DNA of 63,550 bases from a virus (Duplodnaviria; Caudoviricetes): the IMG/VR virus record IMGVR_UViG_3300038856_000075, positions 1 to 63,550 of that record. One strand, given 5' to 3'. The notes beneath the pieces were generated by a model that worked only from the letters and a program-made list of their open reading frames with translations, had not been told where the DNA came from and did no database searches. Each line of letters begins with the position of its first letter. Position 1 is the stretch's first letter. This document shows, in pieces, positions 43,842 to 52,161 of this stretch. A program made the position numbers and the translations under genes.

Positions 43842-44647
43842 CCAAGTAACTTCCCGAAGGCGGTTCCGTCCTCGAACTCGCGAGTCGACCACTGCGCCCA
43901 TGACAGTTCCACGAACGCGGGCGCGCGGTCGCCCATGAACGGCTTCTCGACCACCGCGATCCCGCGCCGCGCCGCCTGCCGGGCGACGATGGCGGGGCCG
44001 CAGAATATTGCCGGGATGCCAGCGAGAAGCGCGTCGGTCGCCGCGTTCGACGTGAATACCACCACCGCCCAGGCGTCGGCGAGATGCTCGGCGATGGGCT
44101 CATCGAAATCCAATACGCGGTCGTAACCGCCCTTGGGCATCACCGCCCGGCGCTTGGGATGTGGCCGGTACCAGAGGGGCCGATCGGTGGCCGACCGCAG
44201 TTCCCGCGCGATGTCGTCCGGCCATGTGTTCGGCATCGCCATCTCGTTGTAGCCGAAGCCGCGCTGGCCGCAGACTAGGATGTGATCGCCGTCCTCGCGC
44301 CATGGCGCCACAGGGATATCCCAAGACTGCCACCGTTCGGGACTGCCGACGCGCCAGCGGCCGAAGCCGTTGTGCCCGCCGAGCGCGCAGGCGAAGTATT
44401 TCTCGCCCCCGATATTGCGGATGTAGGCTTCCTCGAACACGAGGGCGTCGCCGCCCGCCGCGATGAAGCGCCGCGTGGCATCGTAAGATGGCCCATAGGC
44501 GTTCCACGTCAGCACCAGGTCGTCGCGCTGCGGCTGCTGGCTGGCGCCCTCGATCACATCGTAGCCGATGGCGCGGAGGCCGGCCTTGAAGCATTCGTGC
44601 CGGCCGTCCTCGAACCGCGACGGCAGCAGGCTGAATGCCCGCTTCAT
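43838..44647 (-). CDS. Capsule-synthesis (KpsS/KpsC-like) glycosyltransferase, paralog 2
   Basis: PWREDGDHILVCGQ...YRPHP...VVFTSNAATDALLAGIP...WAQW. Confidence 0.7.
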   Translation of the reverse strand: MKRAFSLLPSRFEDGRHECFKAGLRAIGYDVIEGASQQPQRDDLVLTWNAYGPSYDATRRFIAAGGDALVFEEAYIRNIGGEKYFACALGGHNGFGRWRVGSPERWQSWDIPVAPWREDGDHILVCGQRGFGYNEMAMPNTWPDDIARELRSATDRPLWYRPHPKRRAVMPKGGYDRVLDFDEPIAEHLADAWAVVVFTSNAATDALLAGIPAIFCGPAIVARQAARRGIAVVEKPFMGDRAPAFVELSWAQWSTREFEDGTAFGKLLG

Positions 44648-45336
44648 TCGCCGGCCCAGCCGAAGAAGTAATCGCCCTTCATGCCGGGCCGGAGTTCGAC
44701 CGCGCCCCAGTCGCGCAGCAGGTCAAGTGCGGCGCCGGGCGTCTCGCCGTAGCGCTGCTCCCAGCCCACGCTTTCGACGATCACGGTCGGGCGGGAGTCG
44801 CGGATCGTCTTCTCGGCGCCCATCAGCACCTTCACCTCGTAGCCCTCGACGTCGATCTTGATCAGGTCGACGTTTCTGAGGCGCAGGCTGTCCAGCGGAC
44901 GGACCTCGGTGACGACGTCGTCGCCCTCGTAATCGGGTGCCGCGGATTCCTCGCCGATATGCGCGCGGCCGGATTGGGCGTTGCCGCTTTTCATCAGGAC
45001 CGTCGCCTTGCCGTCGCCCAGCGCGTAGCGGTGCAGGTCGAGGCGGTTGGCGTTCGCGCCCGTGATATTGCGCATCAGCACCTTGCAATGGGCCGGCATC
45101 GGCTCGAAGGCGTGGACCTTGCGGAAGATGTCGACCATCCACATCGACCATAAACCGACATGCGCGCCGGCATCGACGAATACGCGCCGACCCTTGGTGA
45201 CCTCGAGCGCCGCCTTCATATGGTGCCAGCCGAGGGCGGGACGGCCGTCGAACACGGGGCGCTTGTATCTCTTGCACGGCGCCGTCAGGGCCGCGGCGTA
45301 GTGCTCGTCATCGGCGGGCAGCCAGATGCCGTTCAC
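44644..45336 (-). CDS. FkbM-family methyltransferase (second copy)
   Basis: FVDAGAHVGLWS, HAFEP, VDLIKIDVEGYE; GTG start overlapping the upstream TGA. Confidence 0.9.
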   Translation of the reverse strand: MNGIWLPADDEHYAAALTAPCKRYKRPVFDGRPALGWHHMKAALEVTKGRRVFVDAGAHVGLWSMWMVDIFRKVHAFEPMPAHCKVLMRNITGANANRLDLHRYALGDGKATVLMKSGNAQSGRAHIGEESAAPDYEGDDVVTEVRPLDSLRLRNVDLIKIDVEGYEVKVLMGAEKTIRDSRPTVIVESVGWEQRYGETPGAALDLLRDWGAVELRPGMKGDYFFGWAGE

Positions 45337-46112
45337 GCGCTTCGAAGGTCTATCCACGCTTTGCCGCTCCTGAACTCGTCCAGTGTCCATTGATTCGCCG
45401 CCAGGACCGCCAGCCATTCATGGCGGTTGTCCGGGTAGACCGGCCGCTCGACCTCCCGGATGTTGGTGCTCCCCACCACGGCAGCGGGCGTCGCCCCGGT
45501 CACAAAGACCGGCACGCCGGCGACGATCGCCTCCGTGGTCACGTTGCTGTTGTGCGTGACGAGGCACCACGCGCCCGCTAGGTGTTCGTCAAGCGGGGGC
45601 TGGTATCGGTCGAGGCGTCCGTCGCCCGGCTTGAATCTGATGACGATCTTCCGGTCAGTCATCTGGGCGAGAACGCGCTTGGTTTCGTTCAGCCATTCGA
45701 CGACGTCGAAATGCCAGAACTTGCCGTAGTACGCGATCGGCGGGCAGACCAGCACATAGCCTCCGGCCTTGCGCCACGGCGCGATTTCGATGCCGAGCCG
45801 GTCGAGCCTGTCGAAGTCCGGCCGCCCCCCGCCGTCGCACAGGAAGGCGTTGCGCGTGATCCGGAAATAGCCGTCGTAATGGCCCGGGCCCATGTATCCG
45901 TTGTCGCACAGATACCAGTCGCGCCCGGCCATGATGCACCTGTCGCGGATCAAGTGGTTGTGCCGGGCGATGCCGTAGAAGAACGCCGGGTTATCGTCCT
46001 TCCTCAGCCCGTCGCCCGACCACACCATCCCTGCCCCGGTGCCGGCCTTCATCGCCGAGCAAATGATCTCCGACTTCGGGTGGCCGGTGCAGTAGATCGT
46101 GAGCCCGGTCAT
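45333..46112 (-). CDS. Capsule-synthesis (KpsS/KpsC-like) glycosyltransferase, paralog 1
   Basis: LCDNGY...RITRN...PWRK.G..VLVCPP...LVTHNSNVTTEAIVAGVP...LAANQW. Confidence 0.7.
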   Translation of the reverse strand: MTGLTIYCTGHPKSEIICSAMKAGTGAGMVWSGDGLRKDDNPAFFYGIARHNHLIRDRCIMAGRDWYLCDNGYMGPGHYDGYFRITRNAFLCDGGGRPDFDRLDRLGIEIAPWRKAGGYVLVCPPIAYYGKFWHFDVVEWLNETKRVLAQMTDRKIVIRFKPGDGRLDRYQPPLDEHLAGAWCLVTHNSNVTTEAIVAGVPVFVTGATPAAVVGSTNIREVERPVYPDNRHEWLAVLAANQWTLDEFRSGKAWIDLRSA

Positions 46113-47083
46113 GGGGCGGCGAAGAATTCCTCGGGCGTCTTTACCGGCATCTTCCCCTCGGGCCGAATGGTCGGATTGTCGTCGACCAGGAATTCCGGCT
46201 TGCCGAGCGCGATGGCACCGATCAGCCCATTGCTCTTGACGAAGCGGCGCGCGTATTCGGTTCCCGTGCCCGACCACACGACGATTTTCGCCCCGTCGTC
46301 CAGCATGCGGCGGACCATAGCGATGCGCTCGAGCAGCGGATTGCCGCCGGCGGTGCCGCGATCGGTCAACGTGCCGTCGATGTCGATGTAGACGGGCCGG
46401 TCGTTCATGGGCTCGAAAATGTCATGCAGGTTGACCTTCTTGAAGTACCCGAGCTTGCTTCCGGGCGTCGCGTTCAGGCATTCGATTCCCAATTCGTCCA
46501 GCGGCTTGACCAGGGTATCCATCAGCGGCGTCACGATGTTGCGGTAGAACCCGCCGGGCTTGTGAACCGTCTTCCGCAGGTCGTGCGGATGATGGCCGAA
46601 CCAATGACTCTTGCCGTCGCGCCATTCGTCGTCGAAGTCGAAGCCAATCAAAACGATCCGCGCCACGCCGGTATGCACGGCGATGTTGATCACCTGATGG
46701 CCGGATTGGCGGCCAGTTCGAATGCCGTTCGGCTTGAGGCATAGCCCGCCGTTGTCCTTGGCCGAGTCGTTGCGCAGTACCTTGACCGACGGGTCGACCT
46801 TGGTCACCTCGGCCGAGTTCTCGATCGTCACCTTGAGGCCGGCGAACCGCTTGATGTCGTCGGCGTTCGGCCAATTGCCCCACCAGCCGCTTTGTTCGTT
46901 GAACCACCGCGCGTCGGCGAAGTAGAGCATGTCGGCCCAGGGCGCGAGGCGGAAGGTGTCGTTGACGCAGATCAGGCGCGCCCGGCCGCGGCAGAAATCG
47001 ACCTGCTCCTGCGTCGGAAAGCCGTTGCCGACGATGACCACCGTCTCGCCGGCCCACATGCGGGGAACGGACCAAATGTCCAT
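46109..47083 (-). CDS. Maf/DUF115-like (sialyltransferase-fold) domain fused to HAD phosphatase
   Basis: VVIVGNG...ICVND...AD.LYFAD...SG.Q.IN.A...G..RIVLIGFD...NATPGS; C-terminal YIDIDGTL...VWS...KP...VDD HAD motifs. Confidence 0.72.
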   Translation of the reverse strand: MDIWSVPRMWAGETVVIVGNGFPTQEQVDFCRGRARLICVNDTFRLAPWADMLYFADARWFNEQSGWWGNWPNADDIKRFAGLKVTIENSAEVTKVDPSVKVLRNDSAKDNGGLCLKPNGIRTGRQSGHQVINIAVHTGVARIVLIGFDFDDEWRDGKSHWFGHHPHDLRKTVHKPGGFYRNIVTPLMDTLVKPLDELGIECLNATPGSKLGYFKKVNLHDIFEPMNDRPVYIDIDGTLTDRGTAGGNPLLERIAMVRRMLDDGAKIVVWSGTGTEYARRFVKSNGLIGAIALGKPEFLVDDNPTIRPEGKMPVKTPEEFFAAP

Positions 47084-47085
47084 GA

Positions 47086-47120
47086 TGGTTGCAGGGGTAG
47101 GACTCGAACCTATACGATCC
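47086..47120 (-). other. tRNA 3'-half-like element (T arm + acceptor strand + ACCA, tRNA-fMet-like)
   Basis: Minus strand GGATCGTATAGGTTCGAGTCCTACCCCTGCAACCA; no D or anticodon arm. Confidence 0.7.
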
Positions 47121-47126
47121 CCACCA

Positions 47127-47552
47127 TCAACTAGGCTCGGTGATGACGACGTACCGCGCCAAGCTCTCGCGCGTGAGCCCGTCCTGGTCGCGCGCCTCGT
47201 CCGACGACAGGAACTGCAACAACGTCACCTCATGGCCCGTGACCGATAGCGCGTGCCGATGCAAGGCGCCGTGAACGGCGGCCTGGATCTGGCGCACCCG
47301 GCCGAAGCCGCGATAGGTCGAGAACGCGGAAATGGTGAAAGTGATGGCAACGCCGGATTCGGACTTGTCGGAATCGTCGACCGCCGACATCGGTCCGATC
47401 GCGAGATAGCCGTCCTTCGAGCTCGACTCCGCGATCTCGCCGTCGGGCACGTCGTCATAGATCCGCGTCCCCACCAGCGCGGTCACCGCCGACACCGCCA
47501 GCAGGCGCGCGGCGACAGCCTGCTGGACTTCCCATCGGGAATCGCCGCTCAC
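47127..47552 (-). CDS. Tail terminator/completion protein (DUF3168)
   Basis: VQQAV.ARL...ALVG.RIYDDVP...Y.AIG...AVHGALH. Confidence 0.88.
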   Translation of the reverse strand: MSGDSRWEVQQAVAARLLAVSAVTALVGTRIYDDVPDGEIAESSSKDGYLAIGPMSAVDDSDKSESGVAITFTISAFSTYRGFGRVRQIQAAVHGALHRHALSVTGHEVTLLQFLSSDEARDQDGLTRESLARYVVITEPS

Positions 47553-48034
47553 TTCGTATGCCTCCGAATGTCATCGGCCAGCGCGCGGCGAATGCGGTCG
47601 ACGATGCGCGGGCGCAATTCCTTGAACGTCCTCAGCAGCCACGGCCGCGCCGCCATGCGGCTGGTGCCGCGCTCGAGATAGCCGCCGTAAACGACGTCCG
47701 TCCCGGCCTCGGCGACACCGCGCGCGATCAGCCGCGCGAAGATGTGGCTCGCCAGCCGGCCCGAATCCGACTTCGGATATTCGCCCGGCGCCGACGCCTG
47801 ATGCGCGGGCCTAGGCCGGCCGACGCGCAACCGTCCCTGGCCGTCGGTCCAGAACGTCGTCGTATAGGTGCGCCCTGTCCTGCCGCCGCGCTGGATCCGC
47901 CGGACCGCTTCCGACCGCACTTCCTCGGCGCCGAGCACGATGGCGCGATCGGTCGCGGACGTGACGTCGGACGCGATGCGGCGCAGCCGGGCCTCCAAAT
48001 TCCTGGACCCGCGCACTTCGAGCTTGGCGGTCAT
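47549..48034 (-). CDS. HK97 gp10-like neck protein
   Basis: HQASAPGE.P..DSGRL...YLE.GTSRMAARPWL. Confidence 0.9.
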   Translation of the reverse strand: MTAKLEVRGSRNLEARLRRIASDVTSATDRAIVLGAEEVRSEAVRRIQRGGRTGRTYTTTFWTDGQGRLRVGRPRPAHQASAPGEYPKSDSGRLASHIFARLIARGVAEAGTDVVYGGYLERGTSRMAARPWLLRTFKELRPRIVDRIRRALADDIRRHTK

Positions 48035-48351
48035 GTCGGCACCTGTTCCTCGGCCATGAACTCCGTCCAGCGCTTACGTTCGTCGTCGTTGCGGATATTG
48101 CGGATCGCGAACGTCCGCGAGTCGTAGACCAGGCGCCAGTCCTCGGCCACATCGGACCGGTATCGGATGGTGATCCGGTGCAGGATCGGGTTGACGATGC
48201 CGAGACCGTGAAGCTGTTCGCGCGCGCTGATCGGCTTGACCTCGCCCCATACCGTCTCGACGTTCGTCCACGCCACGGACCGGCCCTTGCCGGCGTCCTG
48301 GGTGTAGGTTGGCCGCTGCACCGTGATGCGGTGGCGCATCTTGCCGATCAC
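48031..48351 (-). CDS. Head closure/head-tail adaptor (SPP1 gp16-like)
   Basis: IGKMRHRITVQ...W..V.TVW..V.P.S.RE...HRITIRYR. Confidence 0.92.
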   Translation of the reverse strand: MIGKMRHRITVQRPTYTQDAGKGRSVAWTNVETVWGEVKPISAREQLHGLGIVNPILHRITIRYRSDVAEDWRLVYDSRTFAIRNIRNDDERKRWTEFMAEEQVPT

Positions 48352-48569
48352 GCCGGCTGCGCCCTCACGACGGCCAGGATCGATAACAGTTCCGGACCGG
48401 GACCAAGCCTGACGCCGTCGAGATCGACGATGTCCTCGGAATCGCCATCGATCCTATCGATGCGCTCGATCAGATGGCGCGGAAGCGGGCCGCGGATACT
48501 GATCTCCGCGCGCAATTCCTCGACCGTTTCGACCAGATCGCCGGCGTCGAGGACAACCTTGATGCTCAC
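48348..48569 (-). CDS. Hypothetical protein
   Basis: GTG start, 73 aa, between connector genes. Confidence 0.5.
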   Translation of the reverse strand: MSIKVVLDAGDLVETVEELRAEISIRGPLPRHLIERIDRIDGDSEDIVDLDGVRLGPGPELLSILAVVRAQPA

Positions 48570-48615
48570 CGACAGCCCTCGTCGCGATGGATTCGCTGGT
48601 CTTCCCACTCTTGCG

Positions 48616-49275
48616 TCATCGCAACCTCTCGACCCTGTCTGCCTGCCAGATAATCGCCGATCCCGAAGCCGCTCGCAAGCCATCCGCGGTCAGATCCTCA
48701 CCCCGATGCTCATAGGCATGGGCCACATACCGCAGAATGCCGTCGCGCAGGCTTTGCGGCACGTCGCCCTGGTCGTCACCGTACCCGGCGACGTAAACGA
48801 TCTCGATGCCGTTCGCCGCCCGCGTCGTGATCGGCATGGCGGCGGAGTTCCGCAGCACCAACCGGCCCGGGGTCGATGCCGTGTCGACAAAGTAGTTGGC
48901 CGACGCATACGCGGTGCCGCTGTCGGCGTCGTCGTAGGTCGTGATCGAGGTCACCGATTGCAGCGGCGGATGGTTGAGCTCGATCGCCCGCAGCGGCGTG
49001 AACAGCTGCGTCTCGGCACCGTCGCGGTAGCCCTCCCATATATCCTCGCTGGCGTGGTCGGAAGGCCAGTAGTCGAGATATGCCGTCCACGTCTGCGTGA
49101 TCAGCGCCCGGCCGGTGAAGGCTTCGCATTGCAGGATCGCCGTCCGCAGCAGCCCCTCGATCAGCGGGTCGTCGGCCACGTCGCTGTCGGGGATGCGAAG
49201 ATGCGCCTTCGCCTCCTGCAAGCCGACGGCGAGCTTGGCCGGTTCCGATGTCCGGCTTTCGCGAAGCCTTCTCAA
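48616..49275 (-). CDS. Head-tail connector (gp6-like)
   Basis: V.L.EAKAHLRI...E.FTGRALITQTW...PLQSVTSI.YD...IVYVAGYG...VP. Confidence 0.92.
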   Translation of the reverse strand: MRRLRESRTSEPAKLAVGLQEAKAHLRIPDSDVADDPLIEGLLRTAILQCEAFTGRALITQTWTAYLDYWPSDHASEDIWEGYRDGAETQLFTPLRAIELNHPPLQSVTSITTYDDADSGTAYASANYFVDTASTPGRLVLRNSAAMPITTRAANGIEIVYVAGYGDDQGDVPQSLRDGILRYVAHAYEHRGEDLTADGLRAASGSAIIWQADRVERLR

Positions 49276-51005
49276 TGAATCCTCCTGGCGGGCGGCACCC
49301 GGAACACGCTTCGCCCGTAAGCCTTGAAGGTGCGGCGTGTCGATGGGCCCAAAGGCTGCACGACTGGTTGCAGAAACGCGTCCATCGACGCAATGGCACT
49401 ATTGGTCCCAAGCACCGCCGAATCCAAGGTCGCCGTGACCGTGCCGCGAATGCCGAGCATGGCGTCGAGGCTGGCGAACAGAGAGACGCCGATGGCCAAG
49501 GCTCCATCGAGGCTGGCGGCGATCGACTTCGCGTCCTGCAACGCAGCGTCGAGGCCGGCGGTGCGGATCGACGCGACGGCGGCGGCCAGAAACGCATCCA
49601 TCGACGCCGTGGCCGAAACCGCGCGCGACAACGCCGCATCGAATGAAGACTGCGCCGTCGTCGTCCGGGCGAGCGCGGCGTCGACGGACGCCTGAGCGGT
49701 GACCCCGCGCGCAACCGCCGCGTCCAGCGACACAGCCAGCGTCTTCCGTGCCTGCAACGCAGCGTCAAGCAGGGCGATAATCTGGCTGCCGCTGGACAGG
49801 AACCCATCGAGGGACGCGGAAACCGTTTTCCCCGCCAGCAGCGCAGCGTCGATGCTCGCGAACGCGCTTGCCTGGATCGCCACGGCGGCGTCGAGATTGG
49901 CCTGCGTCGTCTTGGTGGCGGACACCACGGCGTCGACCACCGCCGCCGCCGTCATGGTCCGGGTCACGGCCGCGTCGAGCGAGGCGGTCAGCGTCTTGGC
50001 GGCCTGCAAAGCGGCATCGATACTCGCCGTGGCCGTCATCGTCGTGGCACCGGCCGCCTGGAGGTTCGCGTCGAGGGACGCGGTGGCGGTGCGGAGAATC
50101 TGCAATGCGGCGTCGAGTTGCGCGGTGCCGGTCTTCCCGTCCTGCAACGCGGCGTCGACCGACGCGGTGGCCGTCACGATTTCGGCGAGATACGCTTCCA
50201 GCGTCATCGTCAGCGTATCTGTCGCTTGCACCGCGGCGTCCACGGACGCGGCTGCGGTCACCGCCTGCTGCACGGCCGCGTCGACAGTGGCGGACGCGGC
50301 GCGCTCTATGGCAATGGCCGCGTCCAGCGACGCCGTGACGCTGTTTGCGGCGCTTCCGACCGACACCTGCGCGTCGAGCGAGGCTGAGGCGGTGCGCAGC
50401 CGCTGGAGGGCGGCATCGATGGAGGTCGCCGCGCTCATGGCCTTCTGCACGATGGCGTCGACCGAAGCGGCGGCGCTGCGCTCGAGCGCGATGGCGGCGT
50501 CCAGACTGGACGTTATCGTCTGTGTCGCCCCACCCGGCGTATAGGTGATGATGACGTCGAAACAGTCGACGTCGATGTCGACGTTGCCCGGCATGCCGGA
50601 CTGGGTGGTCTGGATGAATATCCCCGCCCCGTCGAGTTGGGCCGCTGTCCAGTCGCTGTTCCAGCCCACGTCGTTGAGAGTGCCGGAATTTCCCCAGGTT
50701 GCCGCCGGCAGGAACGCCTGGCCGGTGCCCTGTAAGCTGCCGCCGATGGTCAGCCAGATCGTGAGCCCGTCATCGCCCGGCCGACTCGGTGCCTGCGCCC
50801 GAGCGACGATCGAGACGTTGGTGACGGTATCGCCGTCGGTGATCGCGGAGTCTGTAAGCGCCAGTTCGAGCGTGTCGCCCTCGGTGGCGCCGTTATGCAG
50901 TCCGGTGTCGTCGGCGGTCGCGATGGACTCGAAGATGTCGGCGTCGGTGCCGGACCACAACCCCTTGCTGGTCACCGACGAGACGTTGAGGGTTTCGGTT
51001 GCCAT
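49272..51005 (-). CDS. Fibre-like protein with ~27 tandem 14-aa repeats
   Basis: Globular N-domain followed by xxxTxxASLDAAxQ repeats. Confidence 0.8.
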   Translation of the reverse strand: MATETLNVSSVTSKGLWSGTDADIFESIATADDTGLHNGATEGDTLELALTDSAITDGDTVTNVSIVARAQAPSRPGDDGLTIWLTIGGSLQGTGQAFLPAATWGNSGTLNDVGWNSDWTAAQLDGAGIFIQTTQSGMPGNVDIDVDCFDVIITYTPGGATQTITSSLDAAIALERSAAASVDAIVQKAMSAATSIDAALQRLRTASASLDAQVSVGSAANSVTASLDAAIAIERAASATVDAAVQQAVTAAASVDAAVQATDTLTMTLEAYLAEIVTATASVDAALQDGKTGTAQLDAALQILRTATASLDANLQAAGATTMTATASIDAALQAAKTLTASLDAAVTRTMTAAAVVDAVVSATKTTQANLDAAVAIQASAFASIDAALLAGKTVSASLDGFLSSGSQIIALLDAALQARKTLAVSLDAAVARGVTAQASVDAALARTTTAQSSFDAALSRAVSATASMDAFLAAAVASIRTAGLDAALQDAKSIAASLDGALAIGVSLFASLDAMLGIRGTVTATLDSAVLGTNSAIASMDAFLQPVVQPLGPSTRRTFKAYGRSVFRVPPARRIH

Positions 51006-51271
51006 CAGTTATCGACCCATTGCCAGCAGCACCCGCCGGTCCCCCGCCCTGGCATGTTGTGGGGCCAGTCGCGGCACGACCAATTGAACGCCTCTTCCGC
51101 CGTCATGTGCGGCAATTCGCGGCTGGGCTCCGATGGTAGCGGGTCGATACCGCGCAGGATGCGGCATCCCTCGGCGTCACGGTAAACGCAGTCGCTCCGA
51201 TCTTTATTGGGCCAGCGAGGCGACGCCTTGCAGCAGGCGCCATCGCATTCCCGAACCCGAACCAGTTCCAC
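51005..51271 (-). CDS. Cys-cluster (YkgJ-like) protein
   Basis: CDGACC...C.Y....C.I...CRDWP...CCWQW. Confidence 0.65.
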   Translation of the reverse strand: MELVRVRECDGACCKASPRWPNKDRSDCVYRDAEGCRILRGIDPLPSEPSRELPHMTAEEAFNWSCRDWPHNMPGRGTGGCCWQWVDN

Positions 51272-51273
51272 GC

Positions 51274-51576
51274 CTAACGCCTGCCACCGCGCAACGTGAT
51301 CGACCAAATTTCCGTTCGCCCTTGCGCCGTGACGACGCGGTTGCTGAGGCGATAGATCTGCCCAGCGAGCAGGTTGCTGACAAAGACGCTGGCGATGTTC
51401 CCGGATATCTGGTCGCCGGACAGGATCGGCTCGGAGGGCGACCCCGGATTCTCCGGCTCGATGGTCCACGCCGAGGTCGACAGCGTGTCGCTGGGCGAGC
51501 CGGCTTCGTCGAGATAATCGGACCAGTCGTAGCTATAGTCCGTCGTCGCCTCGAGATCGTGCAGGACGTAGGGCAT
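51274..51576 (-). CDS. Fibre adaptor-like virion protein
   Basis: D.EA..DY..DW..YL...DT.S.S.W...G..Y.L.N.V.T..GRT. Confidence 0.7.
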   Translation of the reverse strand: MPYVLHDLEATTDYSYDWSDYLDEAGSPSDTLSTSAWTIEPENPGSPSEPILSGDQISGNIASVFVSNLLAGQIYRLSNRVVTAQGRTEIWSITLRGGRR

Positions 51577-51876
51577 TCATACGAGCCGGCTGTCGGACAC
51601 GACGATCTGCACGCGACAGTCGACGATGCGGCACTGGACGAACACGCCGTTGAGTTCCGCGATCAGGGTCTGGCGCTGGCGGCTGTCCTTGGCGAAAGGC
51701 TTCATCGTATTGCTGACGTAAGCCAGCGCGGGTTGGCCGTCGAGGCGCTTGGCCGGTGCCGTGTTGCGCCGCGACGGCAGCACCGTGAGGCCGACCAGGG
51801 CGTTGCCTGCGGTCCAGGGGTCGCCGGGATCGCCCGGCCGGACCTCGAGCGGCCCGCCTTCCGTCGCGACGTTCAT
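51577..51876 (-). CDS. Hypothetical protein
   Basis: 99-aa ORF in the late operon. Confidence 0.55.
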   Translation of the reverse strand: MNVATEGGPLEVRPGDPGDPWTAGNALVGLTVLPSRRNTAPAKRLDGQPALAYVSNTMKPFAKDSRQRQTLIAELNGVFVQCRIVDCRVQIVVSDSRLV

Positions 51877-51883
51877 CGTCCTG

Positions 51884-52153
51884 TCACGCCCTGTCGATGC
51901 ATTCGAGCATGTCCTTCTTGTGGCGGATCAGATATCGGTCGACCATCCGCAAAACTTGACTTTTACAGGCGGGAGACACGTCGGTTGTCCGCAGGAATTC
52001 CGCCATTTTATCGGCCATCTCGTCCATCACGTCGGCGAATTCCTCCATCTCTTTGAGGCTGCCGGACAGCGACTCGATTCTTTCAGTGATCGTCGCTCTC
52101 AAAACCGCCGTGCGCTCGTGGATTTGGCCCGGCAAATCGAAATCTTGCATCAT
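51884..52153 (-). CDS. Hypothetical helical protein
   Basis: 89 aa, AGGAGA RBS. Confidence 0.6.
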   Translation of the reverse strand: MMQDFDLPGQIHERTAVLRATITERIESLSGSLKEMEEFADVMDEMADKMAEFLRTTDVSPACKSQVLRMVDRYLIRHKKDMLECIDRA

Positions 52154-52161
52154 GTGTCTCC

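Noticed and set aside
39279-47083. Cassette as a DNA hypermodification system or host contamination
   Set aside because: No base-hydroxylating enzyme or DNA polymerase was seen, and the genes are embedded in, and co-oriented with, the tail operon; not formally excluded
47086-47160. Complete tRNA gene
   Set aside because: No D arm, anticodon arm or matching 5' acceptor strand; upstream sequence codes for the tail terminator
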